A DNA stretch of 64,000 nucleotides from an uncultured Pseudomonadota bacterium (GTDB lineage: Bacteria > Pseudomonadota > Gammaproteobacteria > CAJXQU01). Made by a program: the position numbers and the translations under genes. The DNA is taken from assembly GCA_913058255.1 (NCBI GenBank), contig CAJXQU010000012.1, positions 6,869 through 70,868 on the forward strand, written 5' to 3'. Below are positions 20,984-31,586 of the stretch, in pieces. The notes under the pieces were generated by a model that saw only the letters and a program-made list of their open reading frames with translations, did no database searches and was not told the DNA's origin. Position 1 is the first letter of the stretch. Each line of letters starts with the position of its first letter.

Positions 20984-21169
20984 GCTTCAAGGCACCTCTA
21001 ATATAATGAGGTTAATTGGGAAGTCGGTCAAATTCCGACGCTGCCCCCGCAACGGTAGGTGAGATAAAACTGTTCTTTAGCCACTGTGTTAATTTAACAT
21101 GGGAAGGCGATCAGCTTAGTTATTCAGTAACTGGATAACACTCACAAGCCCGGAGACCTACCTTGAAGC
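20984..21169 (+). ncRNA. Cobalamin (AdoCbl) riboswitch
   Basis: P1 GCTTCAAGG (20984-92) / CCTTGAAGC (21161-69); conserved GGGAAGTCGGTCAAATTCCGACGCTGCCCCCGCAACGGTA, GCCACTG...GGGAAGGC and B12-box AGCCCGGAGACCTAC; directly upstream of btuB. Confidence 0.95.
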
Positions 21170-21332
21170 TGCTTAACCAAAGTCGCGGAGGGCGAGCTTG
21201 TCGGTAGTTGATTTGTATACTCACTTACCTTTAACTGAAAATCTTACTGATTTTCGGTTTACCTTGTATATCCTCCGCCTTACCAACATTTAACGGTCTA
21301 TTTTCGGGTTGGAAAATAGCTGAGAGGATATA

Positions 21333-23171
21333 ATGAAATTTACCCAATGTACTTCACTTAGCCTGTTAGGCTCAAGCTTATTGCTAGCGTTGCCTTCGGC
21401 AGCAGAATCACCACGAGATCTTAACGATATCGTTGTTACCGGCACTCGAACAGCAACTGATCGCAATCATATTCCAGATACGGTAAAAATCTTTACACGT
21501 GAAGATATCGAAAGATTACAACCGCATGATCTCACCGATCTACTCAAAGGTCATTCAGGTTTCAACATCAGTAACAATGGCGGAAAAGGTAAAGCAACTT
21601 CATTTTTCGTTCGTGGAACGAATTCTGATCATGTCTTGGTCTTAATCGATGGTGTTAAGGTCGGCTCAGCCACAATAGGTTCCGCTAGCTTCCAACACTA
21701 TCCAGTCGATCAAGTTGAGCGAATAGAAATCGTTAAAGGCCCTCATTCAAGCCTCTATGGATCCGAGGCAATTGGTGGCGTCATTCAGATCTTCACTCGC
21801 CAAGGTACGTCAGCCTCACCAAAGCATACTGTTAGTCTCGGCTATGGTAATGATCAGACCTACAAACTTGATACATCAATTAGTGGGCGTGATGATAAAA
21901 CCTCTTATAACCTTGGTGTGTCTCACTTTAACACTGGAGGTTTTGATTCGAGACAACCCACTTTAGGTCTATTTGGTGTCAATAAACCCGATGATGATGG
22001 CTATTTACAAACGGCACTCAGTGCAAAAATAACGCATCAATTTACGGATAAATTTTCTGCTAATACTTTTTTCTTACGCTCCCAAGGAACCACTGAGTTC
22101 GATGCATCAGACGACTTTGAAAGTGATATTCTAGAGCAGGTTTTTGGAGGTTCCCTCCAATATGCACCCTTCGATTTTTGGACAACCAAGTTAAGCTTAG
22201 GCATCAGTCTCGATCAAAATGAAACATTTACCCTTTCAGGTGTTGCAGCAAGCGAATTCAATACCAAACGGTTTGATCATAGCTGGAGCAATATTTTCAC
22301 GATCAATCCAAACCATCTACTAACATTAGGTTTTGATTACCAAAATGATAAAATTTCTGGCACCACCACTTACGATGAAAGCTCACGTAATAACAAGGGG
22401 ATCTTTGCTCAATATCAAGGCTCGTTCGGTTATCTTGATGTCGTCACATCGTTGCGTAATGATGACAATGAAGCCTTTGGTGACAAACAAACGGGCAGTG
22501 CTGGCTTTAGCCTAGGACGTTTTAGTGGGATCCGTGTCACGGGTTCATATGGGACAGCTTTTAAAGGACCTTCGTTTAATGAACTCTACTTCCCTAACTT
22601 CGGAAATGTTAATTTAAACCCTGAATCTTCACGTTCGTATGAACTGGGGATTGATGGTGAGCATGGGGTTGGTTACTGGAGTATTAGCGCCTACAAAACC
22701 AAAATAAACGATCTGATTGACTTCACATTTAATCCCGTGACGTTTGAATTCAAACCACTCAACATCAACAAAGCCGTTATCAAGGGTTTAGAAGTTGAAG
22801 CCGGTACTGAGATCGCTGGTTGGGACCTTGCTGCATCTTTATCTGTTATGAGTCCAAAAGATAGTACAACCGATAAACAGTTACGCAGACGTTCACGTCG
22901 TTCTGCGCGTTTGGATATTTCACGGGATTTCGGACAGTTTAACTTGGGCGGCAGTATTATCGCCTATGATCACAACTTTGATGATGCCGCAAACGCAATA
23001 CGTGTTGCTGGTTATAGCACGGTTGATTTGCGTGGCAGTTATACGATTGATAAACGTTGGTCGATTCACGGCCACATTAACAATTTGTTAGACAAGAACT
23101 ATCAATCAATTTATACCTATAACCAAGATGATATTAACGCCATGCTGACAGTTCGTTATCAGTCGCGCTAA
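21333..23171 (+). CDS. btuB: TonB-dependent vitamin B12 receptor
   Basis: Signal peptide, TonB box DIVVTGTR, plug motifs RGTNSDHVLVLIDG and ERIEIVKGPHSSLYGSEAIGGVIQIFT; preceded by the cobalamin riboswitch. Confidence 0.92.
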   Translation: MKFTQCTSLSLLGSSLLLALPSAAESPRDLNDIVVTGTRTATDRNHIPDTVKIFTREDIERLQPHDLTDLLKGHSGFNISNNGGKGKATSFFVRGTNSDHVLVLIDGVKVGSATIGSASFQHYPVDQVERIEIVKGPHSSLYGSEAIGGVIQIFTRQGTSASPKHTVSLGYGNDQTYKLDTSISGRDDKTSYNLGVSHFNTGGFDSRQPTLGLFGVNKPDDDGYLQTALSAKITHQFTDKFSANTFFLRSQGTTEFDASDDFESDILEQVFGGSLQYAPFDFWTTKLSLGISLDQNETFTLSGVAASEFNTKRFDHSWSNIFTINPNHLLTLGFDYQNDKISGTTTYDESSRNNKGIFAQYQGSFGYLDVVTSLRNDDNEAFGDKQTGSAGFSLGRFSGIRVTGSYGTAFKGPSFNELYFPNFGNVNLNPESSRSYELGIDGEHGVGYWSISAYKTKINDLIDFTFNPVTFEFKPLNINKAVIKGLEVEAGTEIAGWDLAASLSVMSPKDSTTDKQLRRRSRRSARLDISRDFGQFNLGGSIIAYDHNFDDAANAIRVAGYSTVDLRGSYTIDKRWSIHGHINNLLDKNYQSIYTYNQDDINAMLTVRYQSR

Positions 23172-23181
23172 CCTTTAGAGA

Positions 23182-23216
23182 TAACTCTCCGTATACGCAA
23201 TGTATACGGAGAGTTA
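23182..23216. terminator. Perfect 15-bp stem hairpin between convergent btuB and the DUF operon
   Basis: TAACTCTCCGTATAC-GCAAT-GTATACGGAGAGTTA. Confidence 0.75.
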
Positions 23217-23254
23217 ACTAACAAAACAATAAGAATTTCAGATCAACACGACGA

Positions 23255-24358
23255 CTAGTATTCTTGCCATGAAATATCCAGTTCAGCTAGTGCCGATAAA
23301 TATTCATCCCGACTAATAAAATCGACACAAGGAAATGCACCCGTCTTATCACACTCTCCGCTTATAATTTTTTTAGTTAGCAAAATAGCCGGCATACAAG
23401 GTATATAGGGGCCATCACCAGATTCCGCGGTCAATTCAAATGTTAACTCCCTTTGATCACCATCATTTGCAGTGCCTGACAGTTGCATGTGAAAAGCACT
23501 TTTAGACGATCCTAACCTATCAAACCAAAACGAGATTCGTAATAGTAATGGTGCAAATTTTTCTAAGTTTTTAATAAACTTCCAACGCACTAACCAAGAT
23601 AATCCCCAAAGCGTAACGTGTATAAAAGGAAGCTCTAAACCCGCATAAAACCGAATAGATTTTATAGTTGGATATCGTTTGGGAAACAAGGCTAAATCAG
23701 GAACATCACAATTGCCCAAGAGTCTATATCCTAGTTTTTTATATTGACGTATTTTTAAACCTTGCCAGCCATAGACATCAACATTATGACTATCAACAAG
23801 CGTCTTAAAAGGCTTGCCTGTATAACCTAAAATAGCCGCCGTTGTAGCTAAGCCCCGTGCAGTTTTCTGTGCCGTAGTAATACCATAATCGATAGTATCG
23901 ATTGATTGGAATTGCTCAGAATAATAATCAATTAGTGCCGCGGTAAGACAAGGCACAGAGCTGGCACCACTGATAATAAGAACATTATTATTAACTGCAG
24001 CTTGATCAAGCGAAATTATATTGTCAACAAAATCTCTGCCATCGGCAAGATCCATATAGTTTGCCCCAACCGCAATACAGGCCTCGGCAACTTCATAACT
24101 TTGTGCTTGAAAAGGGCCTGACGTATGGATAACAATATCTGGATTGATTTTTTTTAGATTTCCTAAAATATCTTTTATTATATCCAGTACAAAAATTTCA
24201 GGTGTATTTATATAATCCAAATCAGCGATCAATAAATCCGCTTTAACTTTTGAACGGCCAGAAATGATCAGTTGAATATTTTTTTCTTTAGCTAGAGAAC
24301 GTGAAATAAATGAACCGAAATTACCGTAACCACCAATAATTAAAACGCGCTTATTCAT
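23255..24358 (-). CDS. Saccharopine dehydrogenase-like NAD(P)-binding oxidoreductase
   Basis: VLIIGGYGNFG Rossmann motif, VIHTSGPFQ, YMDLADGR, SGASSVP, GDGPYIP. Confidence 0.85.
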   Translation of the reverse strand: MNKRVLIIGGYGNFGSFISRSLAKEKNIQLIISGRSKVKADLLIADLDYINTPEIFVLDIIKDILGNLKKINPDIVIHTSGPFQAQSYEVAEACIAVGANYMDLADGRDFVDNIISLDQAAVNNNVLIISGASSVPCLTAALIDYYSEQFQSIDTIDYGITTAQKTARGLATTAAILGYTGKPFKTLVDSHNVDVYGWQGLKIRQYKKLGYRLLGNCDVPDLALFPKRYPTIKSIRFYAGLELPFIHVTLWGLSWLVRWKFIKNLEKFAPLLLRISFWFDRLGSSKSAFHMQLSGTANDGDQRELTFELTAESGDGPYIPCMPAILLTKKIISGECDKTGAFPCVDFISRDEYLSALAELDISWQEY

Positions 24359-24360
24359 CG

Positions 24361-24984
24361 TTATTCCTTGACTTTAAACTGTCCCTTGTACTCATATATT
24401 TTCCCCCACCAAGGGTGAGTAATGTCGACGTGCATAGAAAAACTTTCATCATCAATAGCTGTTTCTACGGCATTGCCTCTACCCAACAAAAAGGTAATAG
24501 GTAAAGGCAGAAAGTGACTCAGTAAGTTAAAAGCATAGCCTTTATGCTTTAACTTCACTGAATTATCTTCCCAGATATAATTCATTTTCCAAACAATACC
24601 GAAGCGCATGACTTCAAAGACTTCGCTGTCTTTAATTTGGATCATTTTTGAGCTGAAACTATAAGGTTTCCTATCTTTGAAATAAAACGTTCGATCAAAA
24701 GAAAATTCTTTATTGTTTTTATTGCTTTTAAAGGCAACCTTTACTGAAACATTTTTTTCATTTTGTGGTGGAAGACCACCCAGTAACCAAAAGACGGGAG
24801 CAAATAACTTGATCGGCCCAGCACACATAATGTCCAGTGTACCTTCGACAATAGTTACATCTTCAGTATAAGCTCTATTTGCGTAATGCTTATGCATAAC
24901 GGCTGGCATATCATCCCAGCTGTGAGAAAATATATTTTTAAAAATTGGTTTGCTTGCTAAATCTGACTGCTCGGTTTTACTCAT
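24361..24984 (-). CDS. DUF4166 domain-containing protein
   Basis: Start revised to ATG 24984 (ATGA overlap with the upstream stop); motifs F..SWDDMP, FSFDRTF, HPWWGKIYEYKGQF. Confidence 0.75.
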   Translation of the reverse strand: MSKTEQSDLASKPIFKNIFSHSWDDMPAVMHKHYANRAYTEDVTIVEGTLDIMCAGPIKLFAPVFWLLGGLPPQNEKNVSVKVAFKSNKNNKEFSFDRTFYFKDRKPYSFSSKMIQIKDSEVFEVMRFGIVWKMNYIWEDNSVKLKHKGYAFNLLSHFLPLPITFLLGRGNAVETAIDDESFSMHVDITHPWWGKIYEYKGQFKVKE

Positions 24985-25448
24985 ACGGGTTTTACCACCA
25001 TCAAAAATAAAATAACGACTAAACCTATAAATGCAGGCCAACCCAAAAGAAACCAAATTCTAAAAAGCTTATGATATCGATCGGGAAGTTCTCCCTTATT
25101 TTGAATACTTTGCTGTAACATTTTTTTCAACTGAATTTGAATCCAAACAACAGGTAACCAACATAGACCAATCACAAAGTAGATCACATATGTTGTCGTT
25201 AACCATAAGCTCGTTCCATCGAAACCACTTTTCCACACCAACCATGCTCCACTAATAGGTTGAATCAATGCGGCAGGAAAAGTAAATAGGTAGTCAGCAA
25301 GTACAGTGTTTCGGACAGCATAAAATTTTTCATTCATGTCATTCGTAAAGTAGGAACGGAACATAAAAAAAGCTATTCCAATGCCTGTTCCAAACAAAAT
25401 CGTTGCGCCAAAAATATGTAACGTTTTTATAATTAAATATGTGTTCAT
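24981..25448 (-). CDS. DUF2269 family integral membrane protein
   Basis: KTLHIFGATILFGTGIGIAFFM, ADYLFT, CWLPVVWIQ, WFLLGWPAF, LMVVKP. Confidence 0.88.
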   Translation of the reverse strand: MNTYLIIKTLHIFGATILFGTGIGIAFFMFRSYFTNDMNEKFYAVRNTVLADYLFTFPAALIQPISGAWLVWKSGFDGTSLWLTTTYVIYFVIGLCWLPVVWIQIQLKKMLQQSIQNKGELPDRYHKLFRIWFLLGWPAFIGLVVILFLMVVKPV

Positions 25449-25663
25449 ATTGTGATTAATAGGCGAATGTTCTAAGCCAACAAACTAGGTCATAAATTAG
25501 GGTTCATAAAAATGTGAATGAATTTATTCAATATCAACACCTATATTGCGGTGAAATCATGAGCCGTCTTAAATCTATAGCCATAATAAACAACGGTTAT
25601 TCCAACACTATATTTTTAGCTTCTTTGCAGATACTAACTAAAAACAAACGAAGTCTCCACACA

Positions 25664-25699
25664 TAAAAAAGCCCGACAACTTTCCAGCTATCGGGCTTT
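25664..25699 (-). terminator. Rho-independent terminator of aceA
   Basis: Stem AAAGCCCGA / TCGGGCTTT, followed on the minus strand by a T-run, about 50 bp after the aceA stop. Confidence 0.8.
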
Positions 25700-25750
25700 C
25701 TATCTATTCACTAAACGAAACCGCTTAGTGAGGTATAGCTACAACCTTAT

Positions 25751-27346
25751 TTAGAACTGATTCATAGTGTTGTCTTTACCAGAAGCTTTCAATGCAGCTT
25801 CGCCAGCAAAGTATTCTTTATGATCATCGCCCATGTCAGAACCAGCCATGTTTTGATGCTTAACACATGCGATCCCTTCACGGATTTCTTTACGCTGTAC
25901 GCCAGCAACATAACCAAGCATACCTTGATCACCAAAGTATTCTTTAGCAAGGTTATCAGTCGACAACGCAGCCGTATGGTAGGTAGGTAGCGTGATAAGG
26001 TGATGGAAAATACCCGCTTCACGAGCAGCATCAGCTTGGAAAGTACGGATTTTCTCATCCGCTTTAACAGCTAGATCAGTTGTATCGTATTTGATATCCA
26101 TTAAGCCGGCGCGATCGTATGCAGATACGTCTTCACCCGCTTCAGTCATGGCATCAAATATTTGCTGACGGAAGTTCAACGTCCAGTTGAATGATGGGCT
26201 ATTGTTGTAAACAAGCTTAGCATTCGGAACAACTTCACGAACGGCATCAACCATTCCGCCGATTTGAGCAACATGTGGTTTCTCAGTTTCGATCCAGATG
26301 AGGTCAGCACCATTTTGTAATGAAGTGATGCAATCAAGTACACAACGCGCTTCACCCGTTCCAGCTTTGAATTGGAACAAGTTACTGGGTAAACGTTTTG
26401 GACGAACTAACTTACCATTTTGACGAAGAACAACATCACCATTTTCGAGTGAACCTGCTTCAACTTCATCACAGTCAAGGAATGAGTTGTATTGATCGCC
26501 TAGATCACCAGGCTCTTTAGTTACAGCGATTTGCTTAGTCAAGCCAGCGCCTAAAGAGTCAGTACGTGCAACAATAACACCGTTGTCTACGCCCAATTCT
26601 AAGAATGCATAACGAACAGCACGGATTTTCGCAAGGAAATCTTCGTGAGGTACCGTTACTTTACCGTCTTGGTGACCACATTGTTTCTCATCAGAAACTT
26701 GGTTTTCGATTTGGATACAGCAAGCGCCTGCTTCGATCATCTGCTTAGCCATTAGGTAAGTTGCTTCAGCGTTACCGAAACCTGCATCGATATCAGCGAT
26801 GATAGGTACAACATGTGTTACATGATTATCGATAGCATCTTGAACGCTAGCTTCTTTCGCTGAATCACCGGCTTCACGAGCAGCATCCAATTCGCGAAAA
26901 AGACCACCCAGTTCACGAGCATCAGCTTGACGCAAGAATGTGTATAGTTCTTCGATCAGACCAGCAACAGATGTTTTTTCATGCATTGATTGATCAGGAA
27001 GTGGGCCAAATTCCGAACGTAGAGCAGCAACCATCCAACCTGAAAGGTAAAGGTAGCGACGATCGGTCTTACCTTCAAAATGTTTCTTGATAGAAATCAT
27101 TTTTTGTTGGCCGATAAAACCATGCCAGCAACCTAAAGATTGAGTGTATTTTGAGCTATCTGCATCGTAGTTTTCCATATCTGCACGCATGATGTCGGCT
27201 GTATATTTAGCGATATCGATACCGTGCTGAAATTTGTTCTGTGCACGCATACGTGCAACAGCTTCTGACTCAATAGCATCCCATGATGAGCCATTAGCTT
27301 CTTTCAAAGCTGATGCAGCTTTAATATCTTCTTGATACTGTGACAT
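25751..27346 (-). CDS. aceA: Isocitrate lyase (long Pseudomonas/Colwellia-type, 531 aa)
   Basis: YLYLSGWMVAALRS, PIIADIDAGFG, catalytic EKQCGHQDGK, VARTDS, WIETEKP, YNNSPSFNW. Confidence 0.97.
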   Translation of the reverse strand: MSQYQEDIKAASALKEANGSSWDAIESEAVARMRAQNKFQHGIDIAKYTADIMRADMENYDADSSKYTQSLGCWHGFIGQQKMISIKKHFEGKTDRRYLYLSGWMVAALRSEFGPLPDQSMHEKTSVAGLIEELYTFLRQADARELGGLFRELDAAREAGDSAKEASVQDAIDNHVTHVVPIIADIDAGFGNAEATYLMAKQMIEAGACCIQIENQVSDEKQCGHQDGKVTVPHEDFLAKIRAVRYAFLELGVDNGVIVARTDSLGAGLTKQIAVTKEPGDLGDQYNSFLDCDEVEAGSLENGDVVLRQNGKLVRPKRLPSNLFQFKAGTGEARCVLDCITSLQNGADLIWIETEKPHVAQIGGMVDAVREVVPNAKLVYNNSPSFNWTLNFRQQIFDAMTEAGEDVSAYDRAGLMDIKYDTTDLAVKADEKIRTFQADAAREAGIFHHLITLPTYHTAALSTDNLAKEYFGDQGMLGYVAGVQRKEIREGIACVKHQNMAGSDMGDDHKEYFAGEAALKASGKDNTMNQF

Positions 27347-27584
27347 TAATATTGCCTCTCTAAAGTTAAAATTAAAAAATATTCAGTCACCGTAATAGTC
27401 GATCAACTACGGCCATAACGTCTATTTGTAATGAAAAAGGCTCATGATGATTGTTACGCTCAAAAATCTAAGTAGAGTGTCGGCAAAATAACTGAAGGCC
27501 TTTAACTATGTATAATTTGTAACAAGTCCATTTTCGCTGTAAGTGATATTTGGGCTTGATTTTAGACGGTTTTTATCATTTAAC

Positions 27585-27613
27585 AAGACAATCTATCTTA
27601 TCTTTAGTATAAT
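27585..27613 (+). promoter_or_regulatory. Putative lysR promoter overlapped by a LysR-type T-N11-A box
   Basis: AAGACA (27585-90), 17 bp, TATAAT (27608-13); dyad TTAT-CTTTAGT-ATAA at 27598-27612. Confidence 0.5.
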
Positions 27614-27636
27614 TTTTTTAAATAGTAACTACTTTT

Positions 27637-28563
27637 ATGAAGAATCTTACTGATAAACACTTTTACAAACAAAATCGACTGAAGCAGTTACGTGCATTTT
27701 GTGTGGCAGCAGAAACGGGGAGCTTCTCTAAAGCCGCTGACTTGCTCGACCTCACTCAGCCGTCAATCTCTTTGCAGATCCAATCACTTGAAAAAGATCT
27801 GAATATCACACTATTTCACAGAAATGGTCCAAAAATTGTCCTCACCGAGATAGGAAAAGAACTACTGCCCATCGCTAAACCTTTAGTCGATCAGATAGAT
27901 ACCCTTCCCTCTTTGTTCGGCGAGCATTTAAAAAAGGATGAGGAAACCGAACTTAACATTGCCGCAGGAGAATCAACTATCCTCTATATCCTTCCTGAAG
28001 TGATAGAAAAGTTCAAAAAAGCTCACCCTAATGTCACCATCAAACTACATAATCAAACAGGTATGAACAGCCTGAATTTATTACGAGAAAACAATGCTGA
28101 GTTTGCTGTTGGAACGATTCGCGATATTCCAGGTGACATCCAATACCGTGGGATCTATAACTTTGCACCTGTGTTAATCCTACCGTATGGACACCCGCTT
28201 GCGGCTGAGAAAAATATCACTTTGAATCAAATAGGCAAGTACGAACTAATCATTCCCCCGCCACATTTTAGTACCTGGACAATCGTAGAAAGTGTATTCG
28301 ATGAACACAAAATCCCCTATAAGGTTTCACTAGAAGCTGGCAGCTGGGAAGTTATCAAAAAATATGTAGAGCTCGGCCTTGGAGTCTCTATTGTTACTAG
28401 CGCGTGTCTTACGGGTAATGAAAAACTGACTTCTCACCCATTACCAGGCTTTTTTCTCAACAGAAACTATGGCGTTCTGCTACTAAAGGGTCAATCTCTC
28501 TCATCACATGCACGGCATTTTATTAAGCTTATGGACCCCAACTTCTTTAATACCGTACAGTGA
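27637..28563 (+). CDS. LysR family transcriptional regulator, divergent from aceA
   Basis: HTH LKQLRAFCVAAETGSFSKAADLLDLTQPSISLQIQSLEKDL, substrate domain IKKYVELGLGVSIV. Confidence 0.93.
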   Translation: MKNLTDKHFYKQNRLKQLRAFCVAAETGSFSKAADLLDLTQPSISLQIQSLEKDLNITLFHRNGPKIVLTEIGKELLPIAKPLVDQIDTLPSLFGEHLKKDEETELNIAAGESTILYILPEVIEKFKKAHPNVTIKLHNQTGMNSLNLLRENNAEFAVGTIRDIPGDIQYRGIYNFAPVLILPYGHPLAAEKNITLNQIGKYELIIPPPHFSTWTIVESVFDEHKIPYKVSLEAGSWEVIKKYVELGLGVSIVTSACLTGNEKLTSHPLPGFFLNRNYGVLLLKGQSLSSHARHFIKLMDPNFFNTVQ

Positions 28564-28722
28564 ACTCAGAGTCTCTATGCGAAGTACGTGCAGCCGATAA
28601 AACAACGGAAAGCTAACCCTTGCTTGCTAAAGTCACATCTAACTCCACCAGTGACGAATTTATCAGTTATAATCTTTATTTGCTCATTAATATATAATAA
28701 ATACACATAATATAGATCGCAG

Positions 28723-29043
28723 ATGACCGGTAATATAGAACAAGATGTAAATAGTGAAATTGAGCTACAGGAGGCCAAACCTGAACTCAAAGAGCCTGAT
28801 TTATATAAAGTGTTACTCATGAATGATGACTACACACCCATGGATTTTGTCGTCGAGGTGCTTGAGGGTTTCTTCTCAAAAAACCGTCAAGCCGCCACTC
28901 AGATAATGGTAGAGGTTCACACTTCTGGAAAAGGAGTCTGTGGCACCTATACCCACGAAATCGCCGAAACAAAAGTTGACCAAGTTAATCAATATTCACG
29001 CGAACATCAGCATCCATTATTGTGTACACTGGAAAAAGCTTGA
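28723..29043 (+). CDS. clpS: ATP-dependent Clp protease adaptor ClpS
   Basis: [34 protein letters not shown]. Confidence 0.98.
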   Translation: MTGNIEQDVNSEIELQEAKPELKEPDLYKVLLMNDDYTPMDFVVEVLEGFFSKNRQAATQIMVEVHTSGKGVCGTYTHEIAETKVDQVNQYSREHQHPLLCTLEKA

Positions 29044-29150
29044 ATCCTGTCACAGTTACAGAGATGATAACAGGTAAAGGAAACTACCGTTTTGGCCGTT
29101 ATTTCCAAGGATAAGGAAATTTCGAGCTAGCCTACATATGGAGTCGTATT

Positions 29151-31424
29151 GTGCTAAATAAAGAATTAGAAGCTACACTTAACCTCGCTTTCAAGGAAGC
29201 GCGCGCGAAGCGTCATGAGTTTATGACGGTTGAACACCTATTGCTCGCCCTACTTGATAACCCATCATCGTCCCGAGTTTTACGTTCTTGCGGTGCAAAA
29301 ATTGATGAGTTAAGAAATAGCCTAGAAGATCTGGTCAAAGAAAATGCAATTTTACTACCTGAAGGGGATGATCGTGAGACTCAACCTACCTTAGGCTTTC
29401 AACGTGTATTACAACGTGCAGTCTTCCATGTTCAATCATCTGGCAAAAAAGAAGTTTCAGGGGCAAATGTACTGATCGCAATTTTTGGCGAACGTGAATC
29501 TCGTGCAGTCTTTCTGTTAAACAAACAAAATATTACTCGCTTGGATGTTGTCAATTACATCTCACATGGCGTAACTAAAAATCCTAAAGATGACACTGAA
29601 GACACTGTTGCTCCAGAACCATTGCTTGAGCAAACTGCAGCGCCAGAACAAAATGATAATCCGCTACACAACTACACTACGGATTTAAATGAACAAGCTC
29701 GGGCAGGAAAGATCGATCCGCTTATTGGCCGTGATCACGAAGTAGAGCGTACAATTCAAATACTCTGTCGTCGTCGTAAGAATAACCCTCTTCTTGTTGG
29801 TGAAGCAGGTGTTGGTAAAACAGCCATTGCTGAAGGTTTAGCAAAAAGAATCGTCGATGGTGAAGTACCTGAAATTCTAAATGACTGCATTATTTATTCA
29901 CTAGACCTCGGTGCATTACTCGCAGGAACCAAATATCGCGGTGATTTCGAAAAGCGCTTGAAAAGCGTTCTCGCACAATTGAAAAAGACAGAAGGCTCCG
30001 TCTTATTTATTGATGAGATCCACACCATTATTGGTGCTGGTGCTGCCTCTGGTGGTGTAATGGATGCATCAAACCTAATCAAACCTATGCTCGCATCGGG
30101 TGAAATGAAATGTCTTGGTTCTACTACTTATCAAGAGTATCGAGGCATATTTGAAAAAGATCGCGCATTGGCTCGTCGTTTTCAAAAAATTGATGTTTCT
30201 GAACCTTCTGTCGATGAAACCTATGAAATTCTAAAAGGCCTAAGATCGCGGTTTGAACAACATCATAATGTTAAATATACCAACCAAGCACTCAAAGCCT
30301 CTGCAGAATTAACAGAGCGTTATATTAATGATCGTCATTTGCCTGATAAGGCTATCGACATCATTGATGAAACCGGTGCTAGTCAACGTCTTCTCCCTGA
30401 AGCCGATCGAAAAGCAGTGATTGATGTTATCGATATCGAAGAAATGATTGCAAAAATTGCTCGCATTCCTTCGAAAACCGTATCTTCTTCCGATAAAGAT
30501 ACCTTGAAAAATCTTGAACGAGATTTGAAAATGGTCGTGTTTGGTCAAGGTGAAGCCGTTACAACCGTTTCTTCTGCTATTAAGATGTCACGCTCCGGCT
30601 TGGGTCGTGATGAGAAACCGATTGGTTCGTTCTTATTCGCTGGGCCTACCGGTGTTGGTAAAACAGAAGTCACGAAACAACTTGCCCAAATTATGGGTGT
30701 AGAACTACTACGTTTCGATATGTCGGAATATATGGAACGGCATACGGTGTCAAGATTAATCGGTGCACCTCCAGGCTATGTTGGATTTGATCAAGGTGGC
30801 TTGCTAACCGAAGCGATTAACAAGCAACCTCATGCTGTCTTGTTATTAGATGAGATAGAAAAAGCACATCCGGACGTATTTAACTTGTTACTGCAAGTCA
30901 TGGATCACGGTAAATTAACGGATACTAATGGCCGAGAAACTGATTTCAGAAATGTCATCATCATTATGACAACAAATGCTGGTGCAGATAAACTAAGTCG
31001 TACAACCATTGGCTTCACTAATAACGTTGAGTCCAGTGATGCAATGGAAGATATTAAACGTATCTTTACTCCTGAGTTCAGAAACCGTCTTGACTCGATA
31101 GTCCACTTCGCACCACTTGATACATCAACTATTATTCATGTTGTTGATAAGTTCTTAGTCGATCTTGAAACTCAACTTGATAGTAAGAACGTTACATTAG
31201 ATGTTGATACTGTTGCTCGAGAGTGGCTTGCTGTTCATGGACATGACCAACTTATGGGTGCTCGACCAATGGCTCGACTTATTCAAGATAAGATTAGGCG
31301 TCCGCTAGCAGAAGAACTACTCTTCGGTAAACTAGAAAATGGTGGTGCCGTTCATGTCACTGCAAAAGATGATGAATTAGTGATTACTATCGATGTGAAA
31401 GAAGAAGCTCAAGAAGTAAGTTAG
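29151..31424 (+). CDS. clpA: ATP-dependent Clp protease ATP-binding subunit ClpA
   Basis: [15 protein letters not shown], two AAA+ modules ([25 protein letters not shown]), TIGF ClpP-docking loop. Confidence 0.98.
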   Translation: MLNKELEATLNLAFKEARAKRHEFMTVEHLLLALLDNPSSSRVLRSCGAKIDELRNSLEDLVKENAILLPEGDDRETQPTLGFQRVLQRAVFHVQSSGKKEVSGANVLIAIFGERESRAVFLLNKQNITRLDVVNYISHGVTKNPKDDTEDTVAPEPLLEQTAAPEQNDNPLHNYTTDLNEQARAGKIDPLIGRDHEVERTIQILCRRRKNNPLLVGEAGVGKTAIAEGLAKRIVDGEVPEILNDCIIYSLDLGALLAGTKYRGDFEKRLKSVLAQLKKTEGSVLFIDEIHTIIGAGAASGGVMDASNLIKPMLASGEMKCLGSTTYQEYRGIFEKDRALARRFQKIDVSEPSVDETYEILKGLRSRFEQHHNVKYTNQALKASAELTERYINDRHLPDKAIDIIDETGASQRLLPEADRKAVIDVIDIEEMIAKIARIPSKTVSSSDKDTLKNLERDLKMVVFGQGEAVTTVSSAIKMSRSGLGRDEKPIGSFLFAGPTGVGKTEVTKQLAQIMGVELLRFDMSEYMERHTVSRLIGAPPGYVGFDQGGLLTEAINKQPHAVLLLDEIEKAHPDVFNLLLQVMDHGKLTDTNGRETDFRNVIIIMTTNAGADKLSRTTIGFTNNVESSDAMEDIKRIFTPEFRNRLDSIVHFAPLDTSTIIHVVDKFLVDLETQLDSKNVTLDVDTVAREWLAVHGHDQLMGARPMARLIQDKIRRPLAEELLFGKLENGGAVHVTAKDDELVITIDVKEEAQEVS

Positions 31425-31447
31425 TCAGAAAGACCTAAAATGACAAC

Positions 31448-31485
31448 CGAAACGCCTCATCATCTTACTGAGGCGTTTCGATTTT
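31448..31485 (+). terminator. Rho-independent terminator after clpA
   Basis: CGAAACGCCTCA-N9-TGAGGCGTTTCG followed by ATTTT. Confidence 0.8.
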
Positions 31486-31586
31486 AACTGCTCAAAATAT
31501 TAAGCGAATCTTGTTGACATTAAAACCCCAAATATCTTGGTAATTATTTGATTTTATTATAAATATATACGAGATAGCTTGATTGC

